DNA of 51,371 bases from positions 254,171 through 305,541 of the forward strand of contig CAZHOI010000001.1 of NCBI GenBank assembly GCA_964534365.1, written 5' to 3'. The DNA is from an uncultured Candidatus Saccharibacteria bacterium. GTDB lineage: Bacteria > Patescibacteriota > Minisyncoccia > Phycocordibacterales > SW-6-46-9. This document shows positions 19,359 through 28,668 of the stretch, piece after piece. Under the pieces are notes generated by a model. It saw only the letters and a program-made list of their open reading frames with translations, was not told the DNA's origin and ran no database searches. The position numbers and the translations under genes were made by a program. Numbering within the stretch: position 1 is the first letter of the stretch; each line of letters opens with the position of its first letter.

Positions 19359-20402
19359 ATGACAAAGCTTAAAGTTGGTTTCATCCCAACAATCTCACAT
19401 CCCTTACAAAAAGGCACCAAAGGTTGGGCCAGGTATGCGTATTTTCTGGCCAAGCAGCTGGATCAAAATGATGATATCGACCTAACCATTTTCGGCACAG
19501 ACAACTCTAGCAAAAGAGAATTCCAAAATTTTGTTACCACCCTCCCCTATGAATTAACTAATCCAAATCTTGCACAGCCGCATAAAGCCTGGGAGATGCA
19601 GCAACTCTCAGAAGCTTTTAGTTCCGAGTATGATTTTGATGTTATACACAGCTGGTATACCTGGGAGCATCTACCATTTGCCAAGCTACAGATGACCTCA
19701 ACCCTGGGAACCTTTCACGGTATCGCTACCAAGGATAAACCAGTGATTGATAAATTGTTTTCAGACTTGCCAGATCATATTTGGTTTAATGCAATCTCTG
19801 ACGACAATCGATCATGGCATCCAGAACTGCCCTGGGCCGGCACCACCTATCACGGCATTGATTTGGACGATTTCAAATTTAATCCTGAACCAGATCACTA
19901 CCTATTTATGGCCGCACGAATATGTGCTGAAAAAGGAATTACCCAAGCAATTGAGATAGCTAACCAAACTAACCTTAAATTGATAATTGCGGGTCAAATT
20001 TATGATCAAGACTACTATCAAAATAAAGTTGAACCGCTGCTAAATAATCAGATTCAATACGTCGGCGAAGTTGGCTATCAGGAAGTAATCGAGAGGTTTT
20101 CAAACGCCAAAGCTTCGCTGCACCTGCCTCAACCGCCGTTTCGTGAAGCCTTTGGCATGACATTAATCGAATCAATGGCCGTTGGCACGCCAATTATTGC
20201 GATGTGCAATGGATCAATTCCGGAAATAGTCCAGGGTGGTAAGACTGGATTCGTAGTTAATTCAATTGATGAAGCAGTTGAATCAGTCGGTAAAATTAAT
20301 CAAATAAATCGCCAAGCTTGCCGCACCGGGGTAGCAGACAAATTTAGCTGGAGTAAAGTAGCCGATCGTTACGTCGAAATCTATAAAACTATCGTTAACT
20401 AA
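19359..20402 (+). CDS. Glycosyltransferase family 4
   Basis: YHGID, ARICAEKG, EAFGMTLIESMAVGTPII, GSIPEIV. Confidence 0.93.
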   Translation: MTKLKVGFIPTISHPLQKGTKGWARYAYFLAKQLDQNDDIDLTIFGTDNSSKREFQNFVTTLPYELTNPNLAQPHKAWEMQQLSEAFSSEYDFDVIHSWYTWEHLPFAKLQMTSTLGTFHGIATKDKPVIDKLFSDLPDHIWFNAISDDNRSWHPELPWAGTTYHGIDLDDFKFNPEPDHYLFMAARICAEKGITQAIEIANQTNLKLIIAGQIYDQDYYQNKVEPLLNNQIQYVGEVGYQEVIERFSNAKASLHLPQPPFREAFGMTLIESMAVGTPIIAMCNGSIPEIVQGGKTGFVVNSIDEAVESVGKINQINRQACRTGVADKFSWSKVADRYVEIYKTIVN

Positions 20403-20549
20403 GTATTGTCAAGTACTGCCTGGCATATATGCTGTAGGCTTGGCAAACGCTTGGTAGTATTATATATAATACCCTCTAATGCTTTATGGATAGAGCGCCA
20501 ATATCTTAAATTACTAATAAACAATCCGCTAATCTCTTCTTTGGTGTTT

Positions 20550-20590
20550 CATATGGGATTGACAACCATATGATAATTTAATATGATAAT
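20550..20590 (+). promoter_or_regulatory. TA promoter with operator-like inverted repeat
   Basis: CATATGG...CCATATG brackets TTGACA; GATAAT lies 5 nt before the ATG at 20596. Confidence 0.6.
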
Positions 20591-20595
20591 ATAGT

Positions 20596-20805
20596 ATGAC
20601 CACCCTATCAGTTCCAGTACCAGATAAGCTACGAAAGTTTGTCGAGGAAGAAGCCGAGCGTCGCTGCACTAATAAAGCTGACATTGTTCGCTATGCCATT
20701 AAACGATTAGCTGAAGAAGAGGCTGTCGAGCGTATTTTACGTGCGTCTCGTGAGCCTCGACTGGAGGGCGACTTAGATGAACTAGTTAAACAGTTAGATG
20801 ATTAA
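20596..20805 (+). CDS. Ribbon-helix-helix (CopG-like) antitoxin
   Basis: MTTLSVPV...NKADIVRYAI RHH pattern; overlaps the toxin start. Confidence 0.8.
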   Translation: MTTLSVPVPDKLRKFVEEEAERRCTNKADIVRYAIKRLAEEEAVERILRASREPRLEGDLDELVKQLDD

Positions 20806-21058
20806 GGTTATTTACACTAAAAAATTTATCAAGCAATATTCAAAATTACCTAAAACCCTCCAACAGGCTATAAAAGAAACAATTGTGGAGTTTACCGATA
20901 GTGGCAATCATAAAAAACTAAAGGTACATAAGCTAAAAGGTAAGCTGAAGAATTACTACAGTTTTTCCATTGATTATGCTAACCGAATAGTATTTGAATG
21001 GGATGATAAAAATACGGCTGCGCTGCTAGAAGTTGGCAATCACGATATTTATCAGTAA
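20798..21058 (+). CDS. RelE/YafQ-family toxin
   Basis: YTKKFIKQY...HKLKGKLKNYYSFSI...RIVF...VGNHDIY. Confidence 0.88.
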   Translation: MIKVIYTKKFIKQYSKLPKTLQQAIKETIVEFTDSGNHKKLKVHKLKGKLKNYYSFSIDYANRIVFEWDDKNTAALLEVGNHDIYQ

Positions 21059-21101
21059 AAAATGGCTGTGAAGACAGTCACTGTCAACTATTGCACCTAT
21101 C

Positions 21102-21743
21102 CTAATTTGTCGACATTTGTACTGTACTCAGAACCTCATCAATTCCATCATAAATTGTATGACCAAGTTCATTTGAATCCCCGCTAAAACGGATTACTAC
21201 CATTTGATTATTGTCCGGTACGGCCACTCCTTGACTATACCCTCCAACATCACCGGCCGAGAAACGTAAAATATTTGTGCCCGGTAACGTTTCAACTTCT
21301 CTGGTATCGCTAATCCATCCATTGCCAGTAAATGTATAACTACCAGAAGGGGTGCCCTGTTCAAACCCCATGACATAGTCGTATACGTAAATTTTGAGTG
21401 AGCTAGTTTTTTCTGAATTCGATTCATATACCGCAATTGGCATTGGTCGATAGTTTGGGTTTAATGGTTGCTCTACTGCTGGGATTTCATAACTAGACGG
21501 CAATTTAATTGATAGATTAGTTTCAGGGACAGTATATCTAGTATCGTTAACTAGCGCAGCGTCATTGTTATAATCCAGGTTATCATCGGCGGATATACTT
21601 GCGTTAAACTCTTCATTTGTAGACAAATCACTGGAAACCTCTGATGATCCGGGTATTAAGAAATTGCTGTCGCTGGCTAACACAACAATTCCTAATATTA
21701 TGACTATCAATGATATAGATAGTATTATTATATTTTTATTCAT
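21102..21743 (-). CDS. Membrane-anchored extracellular hypothetical protein
   Basis: N-terminal TM, Ser/Asp-rich linker, beta-rich C-terminal domain. Confidence 0.75.
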   Translation of the reverse strand: MNKNIIILSISLIVIILGIVVLASDSNFLIPGSSEVSSDLSTNEEFNASISADDNLDYNNDAALVNDTRYTVPETNLSIKLPSSYEIPAVEQPLNPNYRPMPIAVYESNSEKTSSLKIYVYDYVMGFEQGTPSGSYTFTGNGWISDTREVETLPGTNILRFSAGDVGGYSQGVAVPDNNQMVVIRFSGDSNELGHTIYDGIDEVLSTVQMSTN

Positions 21744-21805
21744 AAGCTAACTTTATCAGGTTGACGAAACACGTCAAACTAATACTTGAAAAATGACAGC
21801 TTTAT

Positions 21806-22351
21806 TTAAAGCTTTCTAAGTTGCAAAAAATCCAATTCAACTGGAGTTTCGCGTCCGAACATATTTACAAACACCTTTACCTTACCCTCTTCGCGATCGA
21901 CCTCATCCACACGACCCTCCAAATCTTTGAACGGACCATCAGTAATATGAATGTTGTCGCCTTTTTCCAAATCAATCGAGTGTTCGGTTGAATCTGATTT
22001 CATGGCATCAAAAATCTCTTGGACTTCGGCATCGGTCATGGGTACCGCGTTAACTCCTGATCCAACAAATCCGGTAACTCGTGGCGTATTGCGTACCATG
22101 TACCAAGTCTCGTCATCAACCACCATATTTACCAGCACATAACCTGGGAAAACTTTTTCTTCCTCTTCTACTCGCTTGCCCCGTTTTACCTTTACTACTT
22201 TTTTTGCCGGTACCAAAATTTCAAAAATTCGATCTTCTAGTCCAAGTGATTCTACCCGTTGATTTAGGTTGCGTTCAACGGCGCTTTCATAGCCTGCATA
22301 GGTGTGAATAGCATACCAATGTCGTTGTCCATCTGTTTGTTGTTTGGCCAT
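21806..22351 (-). CDS. nusG: Transcription termination/antitermination factor NusG
   Basis: WYAIHTYAGYE, FPGYVLV, VRNTPRVTGFVG, DGPF, MFGRETPVEL. Confidence 0.98.
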   Translation of the reverse strand: MAKQQTDGQRHWYAIHTYAGYESAVERNLNQRVESLGLEDRIFEILVPAKKVVKVKRGKRVEEEEKVFPGYVLVNMVVDDETWYMVRNTPRVTGFVGSGVNAVPMTDAEVQEIFDAMKSDSTEHSIDLEKGDNIHITDGPFKDLEGRVDEVDREEGKVKVFVNMFGRETPVELDFLQLRKL

Positions 22352-22426
22352 AATTCTTTTTCGTTGATAATTCTAGAAAATTATCTGCCTCATGGCATAG
22401 ATTTATAGATAAATCTATGCCATGAG
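22352..22426 (-). promoter_or_regulatory. nusG leader; fully palindromic variant of the motif
   Basis: CTCATGGCATAGATTTAT-AG-ATAAATCTATGCCATGAG at 22389-22426, then GGCA and the AT-rich hairpin. Confidence 0.75.
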
Positions 22427-22464
22427 CTGATAGCTTTTTATAGTAGTTATCTTATCTTAAATCT

Positions 22465-22647
22465 TTAAGTTAAGAAAGGGTCAAATAGTCTAATAAATAT
22501 TGCGTCTAGGGCCCCTAGATAACCGGCAACCAAGAGTGAAATGACAATTACAATAGCCGTATATGCAACTGCTTCGCGCCTAGTTGGCCATTGTATGTAG
22601 GATAACTCACCCTTAACACCACGTAAAAATGTAGAAATGTTTGACAT
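22465..22647 (-). CDS. secE: Preprotein translocase subunit SecE
   Basis: ELSYIQWPTR motif plus one TM; upstream of nusG. Confidence 0.93.
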   Translation of the reverse strand: MSNISTFLRGVKGELSYIQWPTRREAVAYTAIVIVISLLVAGYLGALDAIFIRLFDPFLT

Positions 22648-22716
22648 AATTTTCAGTTATTATTTGCCTTTGAACTATAACTCAAATTCGCTGCAAATTA
22701 AAGGCTGCTATGGAAA

Positions 22717-23715
22717 TTAAACTAATCCTGGGTCGACTTTTTCTTGATCTTGTTTGGTTTTAGCCTCGACTTCGGCATCAGATAGCTGAATGGATTTATC
22801 ACCTGCCAAATATACAAGTAGCGGTGAAGCTAAAAAGATCGATGAATAAGTTCCGGAAATAATTCCCACAATTAACATCAAGGCAAAATGATTGGTTGAC
22901 TCGCCTCCAAAAATATATAAACATATCAATACCACTAGCGTTGTTAGCGAAGTATTCAATGACCGGGCATAGGTTTGTTCCAATGATAATCCGACTACTT
23001 CACCAAAAGTAGATTCAGGAGACACCTTCTTGCCATTGATAACATTAGTAGCTTCATCACCGTCTTGTAGTCGCATCAAATTTTCCCTGGTCCGATCAAA
23101 TACTACAATTGTGTCATTAACCGAATAGCCTAAAATCACCAGCAAGCCCATCACAAACAATAAATCAACTTCAAATCCCAGCATATAGCCTAATAGGGCA
23201 AAAAAACCAGTCGGGATTAAAATGTCATGGATGAGAGCGACCACTGCAACTGCCCCATATTTCCAAGACTGGACCGGCCGCGAAACTCGTCGGAAAGCAA
23301 AGGCGATGAAGGTAATTATCCCAGCCACTACTAACAAAATAGCTACTAAGGCTTTGGTTCGCAGTTCTTGCCCAACTGATGGGCCCACCGCTGATTCGCG
23401 AATAATACGCGCATCATCAGCTTCAAAAACTTCCCGAGCTAATTCTATTTCATTATCAGCTAAAAACGGGGTTCGCAATACGTAGCGATCATCTTCAACT
23501 GGTTGTAAAGTAACTCCTTCTAGGCCTACTGCTTCAAGATTTTGCAGGACTACCTCCCGCGATGGGCGATCGGTAGTATATTCGGCTTCAATTATATTTC
23601 CGCCAGTGAATTCAATAGATAAGTCTAGTCTAAATATAGAAATCAACAATACCGAAGCAATTGCTAGGACCGCCGAAATGATTACAAATATTTTTTTGCG
23701 ATTTATTACAAACAT
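22717..23715 (-). CDS. secF: Protein translocase subunit SecF
   Basis: SIEFTGG, VGPSVGQEL, GYSVNDTIVVFDRTREN, RSLNTS. Confidence 0.97.
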   Translation of the reverse strand: MFVINRKKIFVIISAVLAIASVLLISIFRLDLSIEFTGGNIIEAEYTTDRPSREVVLQNLEAVGLEGVTLQPVEDDRYVLRTPFLADNEIELAREVFEADDARIIRESAVGPSVGQELRTKALVAILLVVAGIITFIAFAFRRVSRPVQSWKYGAVAVVALIHDILIPTGFFALLGYMLGFEVDLLFVMGLLVILGYSVNDTIVVFDRTRENLMRLQDGDEATNVINGKKVSPESTFGEVVGLSLEQTYARSLNTSLTTLVVLICLYIFGGESTNHFALMLIVGIISGTYSSIFLASPLLVYLAGDKSIQLSDAEVEAKTKQDQEKVDPGLV

Positions 23716-23717
23716 AT

Positions 23718-25142
23718 TTAATTATTATTTGACCTAGAGCCCGGATTAATAATCGAATTGGTAGCAAGCCAAGAACGCTTGATTCTGTCGGTGCTGATTG
23801 CCAGCAAGGCGGTTCGAGTAACAAATACAGCAGTGATTACCGACACGATAATACCAATTACAAAAGTGACCGCAAAACCTCGCAATAGCGAAGTTCCAAT
23901 CCAGTACAAAATCACTCCAGTAATCAACGATGACAAGTTTCCATCACGAATTGATGGCCAAGCACGGGCAAAGCCGTCAATAACCGCTTGTCTTAAGGTT
24001 TTAGATTTATCTTGGAGCTCTTCATTTAGTCGCTCGAAAATTAGTACATTAGCATCGACTGCCATTCCGATTGATAGTATAAATCCAGCAATACCAGCAG
24101 CCGTCAACACTACCCCAAAAACTTTAAAAGCAGATAAGATCAGCGCTATATATAGTGCCAGCGCTACAACAGCTACCACACCCGCCAATCGGTAACGTAT
24201 TATCAAAAATAAAGCGACTGCGGCTAGGCCGATAATACCAGCCAGGATACCCCCCTCTCGAGCCTCGGCTCCTAAAGTCGCCCCAATTTTTTGGACCGAA
24301 GAAAGCTCTATTGGTACCGGCAAAGCTCCTAAGTTCAAATCATCGACTAATTGTTTAGCCTCTTCCGCTGTAAACCCACCTGAAATTACCGCTGTACCAC
24401 CGGTTATAGGTTCGTTAATTCTAGGTAGCGAAATCGGTGCACCATCTAAAAATATTGCCAATGTACCGCCGACATTATCGCGGGTGATTTGTTCAAACAA
24501 CTCTTCGCCTTCGTCGTTAAAATTAGCTAATACCACTGGCTCGTTAACGGCATATTGCTGCCCATTACCGAATTGCAAAATGGATCTCTCGAGCAAAGAC
24601 CCGTTCAGTCCGGTTGAAATGAATTGCTCGTCTAGGGCAGCTTCAATATCAGCAACCGGTTCACCGGTATCTGGGTCAATTTCGATAATGGTATCAGCCG
24701 GCGATTCAAAATCTGGATTGAGCAATTTAAATTCCAATACTGGTGTTCGCCCAATTGTTTCGACTGCTTCGGCGACGTCAGTTACCCCAGGTAGTTCTAC
24801 AATCAAACGCTGGTCGACCGCATCGCCCGATCCCAACCCAGCCGATTCTACCTGCACCACTGCCTCGGAAGTTCCTAGCGCATTAACTCGCTGCTCGATT
24901 ACTTGCCTAAGCGATTGCATCGAATCAGAAACCTCGGTCGGGGCCAAATCGGAAGTGTCGGCATCAAATACAAGGTGAGTACCACCCGATAGATCAAGAC
25001 CATATTTGATCTTATAATTTGACGGATAGACTTCGGTTTCGTAAATAAAAGCGCCCAATACTCCTAGTAATACTACCCAAATAGCTAAATAAGTCTGATA
25101 TTTTTTTGCGCTGCTGGCTGGCTGTTTTAGTGATTGCCCCAT
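23718..25142 (-). CDS. secD: Protein translocase subunit SecD
   Basis: GLDLSGG, GALPVP, IGMAVDANVLIFER. Confidence 0.97.
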   Translation of the reverse strand: MGQSLKQPASSAKKYQTYLAIWVVLLGVLGAFIYETEVYPSNYKIKYGLDLSGGTHLVFDADTSDLAPTEVSDSMQSLRQVIEQRVNALGTSEAVVQVESAGLGSGDAVDQRLIVELPGVTDVAEAVETIGRTPVLEFKLLNPDFESPADTIIEIDPDTGEPVADIEAALDEQFISTGLNGSLLERSILQFGNGQQYAVNEPVVLANFNDEGEELFEQITRDNVGGTLAIFLDGAPISLPRINEPITGGTAVISGGFTAEEAKQLVDDLNLGALPVPIELSSVQKIGATLGAEAREGGILAGIIGLAAVALFLIIRYRLAGVVAVVALALYIALILSAFKVFGVVLTAAGIAGFILSIGMAVDANVLIFERLNEELQDKSKTLRQAVIDGFARAWPSIRDGNLSSLITGVILYWIGTSLLRGFAVTFVIGIIVSVITAVFVTRTALLAISTDRIKRSWLATNSIINPGSRSNNN

Positions 25143-25193
25143 ATTATTATTGGTTATCGTATCGTGTTATATCATTAATCTCAATAACTAAAA

Positions 25194-26081
25194 TTATTTA
25201 TACCAAATTGGTGACAATTCTGGTCCCCTTGTGCCTTTTCTACCCACGGCCAATTTCATTACGTTAGCAAATAAACTGGCCAGAGTTAGGGGACCAACCC
25301 CGCCGGGTACGGGGGTGTAAAACCTAGCTTGGTCGTAACATTCGGGATGGATATCTCCAAAACTATCACCTGAATCTGTACTGGTGCCACAATCAATTAA
25401 AATCTGGTCATTTCCAATATGTTCGGGTCGAATAATGTGTTTCGAGCCAACTCCACTAATGATTACTTTGGCTTGAGCAAGCGAACTTAAATCATCGCCT
25501 TTAAGGTAGGTTTTAGGATTGATCCCTTGCGAATTAAACCAATTCGACACTGGCTCGCCTACTAAAAAACCCTGACCAACAATGTGAACCGATTCGGGCC
25601 CGAGTGTAATTAGGTCCGTGAGAGTCATTTCAATCGAATCTAGAATTATAGACACCGCCCCAGCGACCGGTTGTAGGTGATAATGTTTTTCAGTAGTTCG
25701 ATTGAGCTGATCAACATCATTTAGCGGCGGAATTGAAGCGGTGATTGACCTAGGATCAAGATGCGACGCCAATGGTAGTTGCACCATAATTCCGTCCTGG
25801 TCAGCTGACAACTCCTTGATATTATCAATTATTTGATCAGTAGTATCACGGGACGTTATGTTATGAACCAAAGTGTCAATGCCGATTACGGCTGCCCTAG
25901 TCTGTTTAAGTTCAACGTATTTTGCACTGATTTCGTTAGTAGAATCCAAAAAAATATGTAATTTGGGTGCTATGTCTGCGACCTGGATCTGTTGGCGATA
26001 ATTTTGCAATAGCTGATCGGCCATTTTTTGCCCATTGATTCTCTGGTTTGATTTATTATTATCTGAATTTTGGATAGCCAT
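25194..26081 (-). CDS. folD: Methylene-THF dehydrogenase/cyclohydrolase (divergent)
   Basis: YVELK, GIMVQLPL, DVD, GDI, TPVPGGVGPLT. Confidence 0.9.
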   Translation of the reverse strand: MAIQNSDNNKSNQRINGQKMADQLLQNYRQQIQVADIAPKLHIFLDSTNEISAKYVELKQTRAAVIGIDTLVHNITSRDTTDQIIDNIKELSADQDGIMVQLPLASHLDPRSITASIPPLNDVDQLNRTTEKHYHLQPVAGAVSIILDSIEMTLTDLITLGPESVHIVGQGFLVGEPVSNWFNSQGINPKTYLKGDDLSSLAQAKVIISGVGSKHIIRPEHIGNDQILIDCGTSTDSGDSFGDIHPECYDQARFYTPVPGGVGPLTLASLFANVMKLAVGRKGTRGPELSPIWYK

Positions 26082-26083
26082 AA

Positions 26084-27211
26084 TTAATCAACAAAACCTA
26101 ATTCTTTGGTAGCAGTATATCGTTCACGTCGTGACATTGCAGCCGCCAGACCCAAGGCGGCATAACTCGTAATCAAATGAGAACCGCCATAAGACATAAA
26201 CGATAATGTAATTCCGGTCGCGGGTAGCAGGCCTAAATTAATACCAATATGAATTACAAAATGAATTAGTATCAGCGATGCTAAACCCAGAAAATATAAG
26301 GCTTCAAAATTAGTTTCGGCCACTTTAGCTAATGAGGCCAAGCGGTATATTACAATTATGAATAAACTAAATAATAGCAAAGCTCCAGCCAACCCCCATT
26401 CTTCTACAAAGGCGGCGAATATAAAATCAGTCTCGGACTCGGGTAAAAAATCAAGACGTGACTGCGTACCTTCACCCACCCCTCGACCGTACATTCCCCC
26501 GGCTGATACTGCCACCAGTGATTGATACACATTGTAGCCAGAACCAGATATATCAGCGTATGGGTCAAAAAATGTCTTGATTCGATCACGTTGGTAGTCC
26601 ATAAATACAAAATTCCAAGCTATCACCAGTAGAGTCAACCCAATCATGAACAAGGCTAGTAATTTTCTTAAAGGAATACCAGATACAACTAATAGCGCCA
26701 GCCACAGAGCCAAAACCACCATCGCCGAACCAAAGTCAGGTTGCAGAATCAGCAACAATACCAGCGGCATAGTATATAGAAACGATACGACTAAATGCCG
26801 CAATGAGGCAATTTCAACGTGTCGGCGCGAGAAGTATCTGGCCAATACAATGATCAATACAATTTTAGCTGGATCAGCCGGTTGCAGAGCAAAAAATCCT
26901 AAATCAAACCAAGACTGCGCGCCTTGAAAAGCCGAGCCGACTATAAAAAGCGCCAGTAAAATTATAATAATTGCCAAATACAAGCTAAATACAAAACCCT
27001 GTCGACGAATGGGTCGATGGTCATAATTAGCCGCTAAAAAATACGTTCCAATTCCTACAATCAACCAAATGACTTGGCGTGAAAAGAAATCGTTTGCTAC
27101 CCCAATGTCGTTCATGGTTATCATTCCGGCTAAAGATATTAAGACTGCCGGCACTAGCAACCACCAAAAATTAGTATTCAAAGCTGATCTATTAATTAAT
27201 TTATTTGACAT
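26084..27211 (-). CDS. rodA: SEDS family peptidoglycan polymerase (RodA-like)
   Basis: GAQSWF, LQPDFG, GYNVYQS, FLPESETDFIF, EEWG, SYGGS. Confidence 0.9.
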   Translation of the reverse strand: MSNKLINRSALNTNFWWLLVPAVLISLAGMITMNDIGVANDFFSRQVIWLIVGIGTYFLAANYDHRPIRRQGFVFSLYLAIIIILLALFIVGSAFQGAQSWFDLGFFALQPADPAKIVLIIVLARYFSRRHVEIASLRHLVVSFLYTMPLVLLLILQPDFGSAMVVLALWLALLVVSGIPLRKLLALFMIGLTLLVIAWNFVFMDYQRDRIKTFFDPYADISGSGYNVYQSLVAVSAGGMYGRGVGEGTQSRLDFLPESETDFIFAAFVEEWGLAGALLLFSLFIIVIYRLASLAKVAETNFEALYFLGLASLILIHFVIHIGINLGLLPATGITLSFMSYGGSHLITSYAALGLAAAMSRRERYTATKELGFVD

Positions 27212-27269
27212 AATTATGACAACTTATCACTACCGCAAAACTATAACTCAACTGTCAATTTCAAACCAA

Positions 27270-28625
27270 TTACAGTCCAGAGTTTGGATATATCTCGACA
27301 TTGTAGGGGCTTCTAACACATACCGCTGAGGCAATTTGTGAATAAATAGTTGATAGTTCTGACACGTCTGAAGTTTTAAAGACTCGTGAGGATTCCTGGT
27401 CCACTAATTTAGTCAAAAAACCCTCGTTAACCGAACTTCCTAGTCCGATAGCAAATAATTCTATCCCCCGAGATGCTACAGTATCAGCCGCTGTTATAGC
27501 GGATAATTCTGGATCGGGCGCATAATCTGGAGCCGTGGGAAGACCATCAGTTAGTAGAATAATTGCCTGACGACTGTTGTTGCCGTCTTGTAATAGCGAT
27601 ACCGCGGTGTTTAGGGCAGAGGCTAAATTAGTGTAGCCCACTTCGGCTTCGGGGGTAATCACAACGGAATTAACCCCCGCTATTCTATTGTTTAAATTCT
27701 GGGTTAAGGATTGTTTGACTTCTGCTTGATTGGCAAAAGACACGACTGCCATTTGATCAGTTTCAGAGAATAATCCGATGAATCGCTTGGCAGCTTGTTT
27801 GACGCTGGTTAAAGGTTCTGGAGGATCACTGCTAATCGAATTCATGGAACCTGATGCATCTATTGCTAATACAACGTCAACTGGCTGCTGACAAACGCTA
27901 TTTGTGGTCGGAAAAGCCCGGGGCCAAGTATAAACAACCTCTGCTGTTTCATCTTTAGCTATTGTTACCTTGGTAGCAGAAGCCGCCACTGGACGGCCAC
28001 CCTCATCTAATACTAAAGCAATTGCTGAGACTTCTTCAGCTAATTGATTGCTTACATTATTTAGTACCGCTTCAACTCTTGGTTCGGTTTGAGTACCCAC
28101 CACCCGCTTTGACATCACCTGTAGTTCTGGTGAAAGATTGGTTAGCTGGATCGTTTTCCATTCATCCGAGCTAATATCTAGTAGAACCGATACTTTTGCT
28201 GGTGCCTCTGGTAGTTGAACTGGACCATCGAAGGCTATTGATTTGCTAGACGGTCGCAAATCTAGTAAAACGTTATTTTCATAGATTAATTCTTCGGCGT
28301 CATTATATACCTTAAAATTTACCGAGGCGTTTTCTGCCCCAATGTCACTATTTAAATTCTCTATTCCGGCGGCTAAATTATATGTTCCTGGCAAGGTTGG
28401 AAAGGCATTAGACCATTCGATTTGCGGGGGCAGAATCCTGGCGGCACAAATTTGTGGACATGGTCCCTCGCAATCAATTCCTCGCTCGCCTTGATTTAAC
28501 CGCCCATCATTACAGGTGGCCGTAGTTAATTGTTTAACTAGCAGATAGCCCCCAAATAATAATACGGGTACGATCGGAATCGCCAGGTATCCAAGTTGCC
28601 TACGCTGCCGCCAAGTAAGGTTCAT
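27270..28625 (-). CDS. Membrane-anchored VWA-domain protein
   Basis: TM, Cys motif CNDGRLNQGERGIDCEGPC, MIDAS DASGS...T...LLTDG. Confidence 0.88.
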   Translation of the reverse strand: MNLTWRQRRQLGYLAIPIVPVLLFGGYLLVKQLTTATCNDGRLNQGERGIDCEGPCPQICAARILPPQIEWSNAFPTLPGTYNLAAGIENLNSDIGAENASVNFKVYNDAEELIYENNVLLDLRPSSKSIAFDGPVQLPEAPAKVSVLLDISSDEWKTIQLTNLSPELQVMSKRVVGTQTEPRVEAVLNNVSNQLAEEVSAIALVLDEGGRPVAASATKVTIAKDETAEVVYTWPRAFPTTNSVCQQPVDVVLAIDASGSMNSISSDPPEPLTSVKQAAKRFIGLFSETDQMAVVSFANQAEVKQSLTQNLNNRIAGVNSVVITPEAEVGYTNLASALNTAVSLLQDGNNSRQAIILLTDGLPTAPDYAPDPELSAITAADTVASRGIELFAIGLGSSVNEGFLTKLVDQESSRVFKTSDVSELSTIYSQIASAVCVRSPYNVEIYPNSGL

Positions 28626-28668
28626 AAAGTAATGTCATTATACTAAAGAAATAGGTAGAATATGTTTT

